Source: Capsulimonadales bacterium (lineage in GTDB: Bacteria > Armatimonadota > Armatimonadia > Armatimonadales > Armatimonadaceae). From it: a stretch of 41,325 bases of DNA. The notes under the pieces were generated by a model. That model was not told the DNA's origin and ran no database searches. It saw only the letters and a list, made by a program, of their open reading frames with translations. The stretch spans positions 1 to 41,325 of the forward strand of contig JANRLW010000127.1 in assembly GCA_033762295.1 (NCBI GenBank), in the 5' to 3' direction. Every line of letters begins with the position of its first letter. Positions within the stretch are counted from its first letter, which is position 1. Positions 35,215-41,325 of this stretch are shown here, piece after piece. Both the position numbers and the translations under genes were made by a program.

Positions 35215-37556
35215 TGCGTTCGACTTTGGCGCTCCTCCTGTTGCTCGCCGGTTTCCTGTGTCCGATCCGTCCCGGTCGGGCGCAGGAGGCTGTGGCGCGA
35301 AAACGGATCGGCCTGGTCCTTTCCGGCGGTTCGTCCTACGGGTTCGCCCATCTCGGCGTCCTCCAGTGGATGGAGGAGAACCGGATTCCGATCGATTACC
35401 TGGCCGGAACCAGCATGGGCGCGTTGATCGGCGGGCTGTACGCCACCGGGATGACCGTTCCGGAGATGAAGGCGCAGCTTTCGCGGATCGACTGGGACGA
35501 CCTGTTCCGCTCCTCGACGCCGCACCGTCTGCGAACCTTCCGGCGTAAGGAGGACGCCCGTGAGTTCCAAAACAATCTGGAGTTCGGTCGCGGGTTCACT
35601 TCGCAGACCGGTCTGGACTCCGTCTACCCGGTCAGCATCCTGCTTTCCCGGCTGACCCTTCCCTACCCGGATGAGATCTCGTTCGACGATCTTCCGATCC
35701 CGTTTCGCTGCACCTCCGTCGAGCTGAACGAAGGCCGGATCGTCCGCTTCTCGTCCGGTTCTCTCGGTCAGGCGATGCGGTCCAGCATGGCGATCCCGCT
35801 GGTGTTTACGACGGTCGATGCGAATCGTCGCTCCTACGTCGACGGCGCGGTTTTCGAGAACCTGCCGACGGCGACGATGGTCCCTGGTCCGGATCGCCCC
35901 GCCACCTGGCGTCCGGAGGTCGTCGTCACCGTGCGATTGAAAGGGGAATCCGACGAATCCGCGGAGGCCACCGGAGATAAATCGGAACCTCCCGGAGATA
36001 AACCGCCACAGTCGGTCAGCACCGGAATTCGCCGTGATCCGACGCCGTCCAACCTGTTCGACGTGATCGGTCGTCTGATCGCCGCCGTGACCAACGAGAA
36101 TGTCGAGCGGAGCATCGCTCTGGTCGACCGTTTTCCCGAACTGTCACATATTCCGCTGGTCGCGCGGATCGGCAACTTCTCCGTTGAGGATTTCGCCCGG
36201 TGGCGCGAACTGGCCGCGATCGGCTACGCGGAAGCGGAGAGGAACCGGGCGGCGTTTCTGCCATTTCAACTGACGCCCGCCGACTGGGAAGCCTACGTCG
36301 CGACCAAGGGGAGCCGACGACGCCTTTCCGTGACGCCCACCCGTGTCACCATAATTCCCCAGGACCCGTCCCGTCCGTTCGATCCGCGCCTGAACTCCTA
36401 CCTTCTGACATTTCTTCGGAAGTACGCCGGGCGCACCTTCACGATTCGTCCGGACGCCTCTTCGGATGACGATACCCGCGAACTGATCCGTGACCTGGAC
36501 TATCTTACCGGGACCGGAATTTTCGAAAGCATTTCCTACAACCGCACAACCCTGGGAGGGCAGCCCGCCCTGGCGATCCGCCCCAAGGAGAAGCCCTACG
36601 GACCGCCCTACTTTTTGGCCAATCTTTCGATCGATTCCGGCAACACCGACAATGTGCAGACGGTCTTTCATGTTCGGGCCAACTTCATCGGTCGCGGTCT
36701 GGACGCATCGGACGAATACCGGACCGACCTGCGTCTGGGGTCGCGGCGCGAACTGTCCTGGGAGTGGTACCGTCCGCTGCCGTTCCGTTCGGTCTTCGTC
36801 CTGCCGTCGGCGTACACTCGCCGCTGGGAGCGGGGTATTTCGGTGCCGACCGTCCCTTCCACGACCTTTGCCACCGACGAAACCGCCGTCGGACTGGACC
36901 TCGGCGTCGATCTGGGTCGTTTTTCCCAGGTTCGCGTCGGTCAGCGGTTCGGCAATCGGGAATATACGCCGCGCGCCATCCCCGGTTTGAGCGATGCGCA
37001 GGGAACGATTTCCACGACCACGTTCCGTTACGTCTACGACGGACAGGACGATCCCATTATCCCGCGTTCCGGTCTCTACAGTCATGTGCGGGGCGAGTGG
37101 TATCAGAGGGCGCCCGATTCCGGGCGGGGGTACGGTCAATTCTCGGCGGAGAACTGGTTCGTCTTCCCGATTTCCCGGATGGAAACGGTCCAGACCATCG
37201 TCAACTTCGGCGAACAGACCAACGGACGGGCACCGCTGGCCGAACGGTTCGCGCTGGGCGGTCCCTTCCGTCTCACCGCCCATTTCAACGGCGAACTGCG
37301 CGGTGAGCGTTACCGATTCGGGTCGGTCGGCTATGTCCGGCGTCTGACCCCGAGGTCCGCCCTTCTGGGAGGCGCGCTCCACCTCGGTGCCTGGTACGAG
37401 GACGGCCAGGTGTTTTCCGTGGGCGACCGTACCCGACGCCGGGACCTGCACCTGAGCGCGTTCACTCCGACGCTCGTCGGCCCGGTTGCGATCGGCCTCA
37501 GTGTCGGCGACGCCGGAAAGAAGCGGTTCTACGTCCGTTTCGGCCAGTTGTACTGA
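35214..37556 (+). CDS. patatin-like phospholipase fused to POTRA/Omp85-type beta-barrel (PlpD-like)
   Basis: Signal peptide, IGLVLSGG..G.AH.GVL, GTSMG, F..LPIPF, R.SM.IP.F, VDGA..NLP. The C-terminal half is beta-strand rich with FALGG and ends GPV...FYVRFGQLY. Confidence 0.88.
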   Translation: MRSTLALLLLLAGFLCPIRPGRAQEAVARKRIGLVLSGGSSYGFAHLGVLQWMEENRIPIDYLAGTSMGALIGGLYATGMTVPEMKAQLSRIDWDDLFRSSTPHRLRTFRRKEDAREFQNNLEFGRGFTSQTGLDSVYPVSILLSRLTLPYPDEISFDDLPIPFRCTSVELNEGRIVRFSSGSLGQAMRSSMAIPLVFTTVDANRRSYVDGAVFENLPTATMVPGPDRPATWRPEVVVTVRLKGESDESAEATGDKSEPPGDKPPQSVSTGIRRDPTPSNLFDVIGRLIAAVTNENVERSIALVDRFPELSHIPLVARIGNFSVEDFARWRELAAIGYAEAERNRAAFLPFQLTPADWEAYVATKGSRRRLSVTPTRVTIIPQDPSRPFDPRLNSYLLTFLRKYAGRTFTIRPDASSDDDTRELIRDLDYLTGTGIFESISYNRTTLGGQPALAIRPKEKPYGPPYFLANLSIDSGNTDNVQTVFHVRANFIGRGLDASDEYRTDLRLGSRRELSWEWYRPLPFRSVFVLPSAYTRRWERGISVPTVPSTTFATDETAVGLDLGVDLGRFSQVRVGQRFGNREYTPRAIPGLSDAQGTISTTTFRYVYDGQDDPIIPRSGLYSHVRGEWYQRAPDSGRGYGQFSAENWFVFPISRMETVQTIVNFGEQTNGRAPLAERFALGGPFRLTAHFNGELRGERYRFGSVGYVRRLTPRSALLGGALHLGAWYEDGQVFSVGDRTRRRDLHLSAFTPTLVGPVAIGLSVGDAGKKRFYVRFGQLY

Positions 37557-37641
37557 GAGTACCGACCTATCCGCACCCTCGTCGGGTCCGTCCGGGCGGT
37601 GGCGGAAACCGCCCGGACGCAATACACTAGGGCCGTTGACT

Positions 37642-39576
37642 ATGTCGAATATGTGGAAACCGTCCCTTGTATTTCGTCTCCTTCCTGTCCTGCTGATTCC
37701 GACGCTGACGATGGCCCAACCCGCTTCGGCACAGGAGCCGACGTCCCCGGTCCCCCCGAACACGCCCGCGACGACGGAAGTGCGGCCCTCGACTCCGTTG
37801 CCCGAACCGATCCGGGTGCCGCCGCCGCTCGCTCGGGTCCCCTACCTGCCGTTTCCGAACCTGCCGTTTGCGAATCTGGATGAGGCGAACAACGGGGTCG
37901 GCATCGCGCAGCAACGGACGCGGGAGAAGGGTTACCAGGCGCGCATCCTCTGGATCGACGCCACGGCCAACCTCGATAAGGTCAACAGCGACGCGAAAAT
38001 CGCGACCCTGATCTCGAAGATCAAACAAGCCGGGTTTAACACGATCGTCTTCGAAGTCAAGCCGATTATCGGGCTGACTCTGTATCCCAGCAAGTACGCG
38101 CCGAAGATGACGGAATGGGTGCGTCCCTGGAAAACGCAGACGCTTCCCCTCGATTTCGACCCGCTGAAGGAGATGGCGGCCCAGGCGAAGGCGCAGGGGA
38201 TCTCCCTTCTGGTCAATATGAACGCCTTCTCCGAAGGGCACCGGGACTTTCCGGGGAAGGGACCGGGCTGGGACAACCCGCAGTGGCAGACGGTTCTCTA
38301 CGAGCCGGACCTGAAAGTGCGGCGGGATATTCTCGGCACCCCGGCCTATCCGTTGACGGATCGCGCCAATATCCCGCCGCGCAACCCGGAGGATCTGGCG
38401 GTTTATACCGACCTGTCCCGCTGGAAAGCGGACCCGAACGCCCTGATCGCTCTGGTCGACCGTAACGATACCGTCGTGGCGCAGGTCGCGGGAGCGGCGG
38501 TCGCCACCCTCGGCGTCGCCGTTCCGGAGGGCGGTGCGGCCCTGATCGCCACCGCTCCCGCTTCCCGGAATTTTCTGATTTTCAATGCCGTTCCCGGCTA
38601 CCGACTGACCATGGACACGACGCCCGCGTTCGTCCCGATCGGCCAGCGTATCGATCGCCAGGTGCCGCTGATGACCAACCCGCATCATCCGGATGTCCGG
38701 CAACGGCTGCTGAACATGGTGTCGGAGATCATCAACGGATATCCGGTCGACGGCATCATCTTTGACGACCGTCTTCGCTACGCCTCGCTCAACGCCGACT
38801 TTTCCGAATCGACCCGGCGTGAGTTCGAAGCCTATCTGGACGGCAAGGGGATTCAATGGCCGGACGACGTTTTCCGTTACGAAGTCAACTTTCCGTCGCT
38901 TTCGCGCAGTGTCGTTCCGGGACCGTATTTTGACGCCTGGCTCACCTTCCGCGCGTTGAACCTCCGGAATTTCATGGCTGAGGTCGTGCGGAAAGTAAAA
39001 ACGGACCGTCCGAACGCGCTGGTCGCCACCTATGTCGGCTCCTGGTACCCCGACTACCCGGACGTCGGGGCGAACTGGGGTGCGACCGATCTCCAGGCGG
39101 GCTTTCGCTTTCTCAACGATGCCTATCGCCGGACCGGGTGGGCGGGTCTGGTCGATTTCGTGACGACCGGCTGTTACTATGAGATCGCCAGCATCCATGA
39201 GGCCGCGGCAAACAGTTCCGACATCGGCGAAACGGTGGAGGCCGCCGGTCAATTCTCGAACCGGGCGGTCAACGACGAAACCTTCGTTTACGCGGGTCTT
39301 CAACTGGACCGGTTCAAAAACAAACCGGAGGCGCTGAAAAAGGCGTTGCAGGCAGCGGTGGCGACCACCCAGGGCATCATGGTTTTCGACCTGTCCCATG
39401 ATTTCGACCAGTTCGCCGCCGTCTTTGCCGAGGCGTTTCAAAAGCCGCAGACCGCCCCGCATCAGGTCGCCGGATTCCTCGACGAAGTGCGCGCCGAGAA
39501 GGCGCAACGGAAGTCGATCGGGACCGCGCCGCCGCCGGTTATCCTTTATCGCGGAAAATCGGGAACGGGGTTCTGA
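37642..39576 (+). CDS. exported glycosyl hydrolase-like family 10 (GHL10/DUF187) protein with inserted domain
   Basis: Signal peptide and Pro-rich linker; R.LWID, AGFNTIVFEVKP.G.TLYPS, FDPL, NP.HPDV, Y.VDGIIFDD.LRY, W..FR. Start at 37642 or 37651. Confidence 0.8.
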   Translation: MSNMWKPSLVFRLLPVLLIPTLTMAQPASAQEPTSPVPPNTPATTEVRPSTPLPEPIRVPPPLARVPYLPFPNLPFANLDEANNGVGIAQQRTREKGYQARILWIDATANLDKVNSDAKIATLISKIKQAGFNTIVFEVKPIIGLTLYPSKYAPKMTEWVRPWKTQTLPLDFDPLKEMAAQAKAQGISLLVNMNAFSEGHRDFPGKGPGWDNPQWQTVLYEPDLKVRRDILGTPAYPLTDRANIPPRNPEDLAVYTDLSRWKADPNALIALVDRNDTVVAQVAGAAVATLGVAVPEGGAALIATAPASRNFLIFNAVPGYRLTMDTTPAFVPIGQRIDRQVPLMTNPHHPDVRQRLLNMVSEIINGYPVDGIIFDDRLRYASLNADFSESTRREFEAYLDGKGIQWPDDVFRYEVNFPSLSRSVVPGPYFDAWLTFRALNLRNFMAEVVRKVKTDRPNALVATYVGSWYPDYPDVGANWGATDLQAGFRFLNDAYRRTGWAGLVDFVTTGCYYEIASIHEAAANSSDIGETVEAAGQFSNRAVNDETFVYAGLQLDRFKNKPEALKKALQAAVATTQGIMVFDLSHDFDQFAAVFAEAFQKPQTAPHQVAGFLDEVRAEKAQRKSIGTAPPPVILYRGKSGTGF

Positions 39577-39577
39577 C

Positions 39578-40165
39578 ATGCGATCCGTGGCGCTGCCGTT
39601 GCGGCTTCCGGTGATTCTGCTGATTCTGTTCCTTTCGGGCGGCGCTCTCCCGGTATTCGCCCAACGGTCGGACGATTCGTCCGACCGCCGATCCTGGCAG
39701 TTCGCCTCCGGTACCGGCAATCTCCTGTATCTGGGCCTCGGGGTTTTGCGGCCGGTCCTGATCGACGGTTCCTCCGGCGGGGAGCGAACCGGGCGGACGG
39801 CGGACGCTCTGCTGGTGACGGGGCTGGTGACGCAGGGTCTGAAACGCCTGACGCGGGAGGAGCGACCGGACGGTTCGAACCGGGAAAGTTTCCCGTCCGG
39901 GCATGCCTCCGCCGCCTTTGCCATCGCCGCCATGGAGTCGCACTGGCACCGGGGCGAGACGCCGCTCTGGTTTCTGGGCGCGGGCCTTATCGGAGCCTCC
40001 CGTGTAAAGCTCCGGCGGCATTACCGGCACGATGTCCTGGCGGGCGCGGCGCTGGGCTACGTTCTGGCGCGGGTCGAGCGAGCGCAGCCGGCGGGCCTGC
40101 TCACCGCGCCGTTCGTCCGCCGCGACCGGTCGGGCCGCTGGGTTTCGTTCGATATCCGGTTCTGA
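39578..40165 (+). CDS. PAP2 family phosphatase
   Basis: K-x6-RP (KRLTREERP), SFPSGHAS, SR-x5-H-x3-D (SRVKLRRHYRHD). Confidence 0.9.
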   Translation: MRSVALPLRLPVILLILFLSGGALPVFAQRSDDSSDRRSWQFASGTGNLLYLGLGVLRPVLIDGSSGGERTGRTADALLVTGLVTQGLKRLTREERPDGSNRESFPSGHASAAFAIAAMESHWHRGETPLWFLGAGLIGASRVKLRRHYRHDVLAGAALGYVLARVERAQPAGLLTAPFVRRDRSGRWVSFDIRF

Positions 40166-40177
40166 GGCGATTCGAGG

Positions 40178-41323
40178 CTATTCGATAAGGTTCACGGGAT
40201 AGGGCACCCGGATCGTGCCGTCGATCTGCGGCGTTTCGAGAACGGCGGTCGCCCCACCGGGCCAGACGATGCGAACTCGATCCACCTGGCGCACCGACCC
40301 GAGCCCGAAGTGCGCAACCGGTTCCATCTGGCAAAGGTAGCCGCTACCGCCGTCGATGACCCGCCGCTGAGTTCGCCCCCCGGCGGTGAGGGCGACAAAC
40401 GCCCCACGGGCCGGCGCGCCCGCGCGAGTCAGCGGTTGAATCCGCAGGTAATGATTCGGCGTCGGCGCGGCGTGGTACAGCGACAGGGGCTGGGCCTCCT
40501 GTTCGCCGTGCGCGATCAGCAGTTCCAGGCGACCGTCACCGTCCAGGTCCGCGACCGCCGCCCCGGTCCCGTAGCCGTTCGGTTCCTCGGCGTCGCCGAT
40601 CTCCACCCGGTTCCAGTAGCCGAATCGCTGGGCGAAGAGACGGTTCGGTTCACCGATGTTGTTGAAGAAAATCTCCTCGTGCCCATCGTTATCGAAATCG
40701 GCGACGATGACGGTCCGTACCGCCGAGGGCCGACGCATTTCGGGCGTGGCGGCATCGGCGAAGATGCCCGGCGCGGTCTGCATTCGGAACCGGTGCTCGT
40801 CCTGCCAGTTCCCGATCACCAGATCGAACAGGCCGGTACTGTCCGCATCCAGAGCGGCGACGCCCCGTCCATGCGCCCACTCGTCGGTCAGTCCCGCCTC
40901 CGCCGCCATCTCCGTGAATGTCCCGTCGCCGTTGGAGCGAAAGAGAAGATTCGGACCGTTCTCGGTCGCGGCGAACAGGTCCAGTTGTCCGGGCGGGGAC
41001 ACCAGGGGCAGCGCGATCAGCGAACGCCCCCCGGTGACAAAGGCGATCCGGGCCTGGCGCGCGTGATCGTACAGTACGTCGCCGTCGGTACGCTCGTACA
41101 ATCGCATCGGCCCACCATAGTTGGCGACCACCATCCCGTAGGTTCCCATCCCGTGACGGTCCAGGGCGCAGACCGAACGACCGGCCACCCGGTTGATCGC
41201 GCCATGGTTCTCCGGCAGGGCGAACAGGTCGACCCGTTCGCCGTTCCGAAACGCAAAAAGATGATCGCCGAACCGCTTTGCGCCGGCCAAGGTGTCGGCA
41301 TTGAGGATGTAAATATCCTCCAG
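40178..41323 (-). CDS. CRTAC1/ASPIC-UnbV family FG-GAP repeat protein (5' end outside window)
   Basis: Repeated D.D.DG..E motifs (ADFDNDGHEE, ADLDGDGRLE) and C-terminal ARGA.V, IDGGSGYLCQMEPVAHFGLG, V.IVWP.G. The frame stays open to the window end (LEDIYILNADT). Confidence 0.9.
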   Translation of the reverse strand: MEDIYILNADTLAGAKRFGDHLFAFRNGERVDLFALPENHGAINRVAGRSVCALDRHGMGTYGMVVANYGGPMRLYERTDGDVLYDHARQARIAFVTGGRSLIALPLVSPPGQLDLFAATENGPNLLFRSNGDGTFTEMAAEAGLTDEWAHGRGVAALDADSTGLFDLVIGNWQDEHRFRMQTAPGIFADAATPEMRRPSAVRTVIVADFDNDGHEEIFFNNIGEPNRLFAQRFGYWNRVEIGDAEEPNGYGTGAAVADLDGDGRLELLIAHGEQEAQPLSLYHAAPTPNHYLRIQPLTRAGAPARGAFVALTAGGRTQRRVIDGGSGYLCQMEPVAHFGLGSVRQVDRVRIVWPGGATAVLETPQIDGTIRVPYPVNLIE

Positions 41324-41325
41324 CC

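Overview
A GC-rich bacterial chromosomal segment. It most likely comes from an Armatimonadota member (inference). The basis is three [33 protein letters not shown] DUF1559/H-X9-DG prepilin-like genes and APEP-type PEP-CTERM proteins, together with Terrabacteria-type genes (mcsB-like, yacL, long HPF, T-box) and an outer-membrane patatin/Omp85-type protein. Core content, in order: a partial tRNA-Ser(UGA) at the left edge, an McsB-like kinase, an orphan atpC, yacL-ispDF-hpf, pcrA, a general-stress cluster, two CHRD/PEP-CTERM genes, a T-box-controlled ilvB..ilvN..ilvC..leuA operon interrupted by unrelated genes, a GAF/PAS-GGDEF-EAL protein, a peptidase/envelope-hydrolase run (ptrB, SMP-30, M32, patatin-barrel, GHL10, PAP2), and a truncated CRTAC1/ASPIC-UnbV gene. 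The most notable unexplained structure is as follows. (1) An island between ilvN and ilvC contains a perfect 25-bp inverted repeat enclosing an apparently internally deleted DUF559-like nuclease gene, two small proteins sharing a WLLPNE motif encoded with synonymous codons, and two SMI1/KNR4-like paralogs. (2) Two separate prepilin-like loci share the same promoter layout: TTAAC direct repeats at an 11-bp period, with a -10 exactly 26 bp downstream (Pho-box-like). (3) The McsB homolog lacks the conserved catalytic Cys. (4) The T-box carries an extra hairpin in stem I. (5) HPF has a His-rich linker. All family assignments come from motif recognition by eye; no database search was run.
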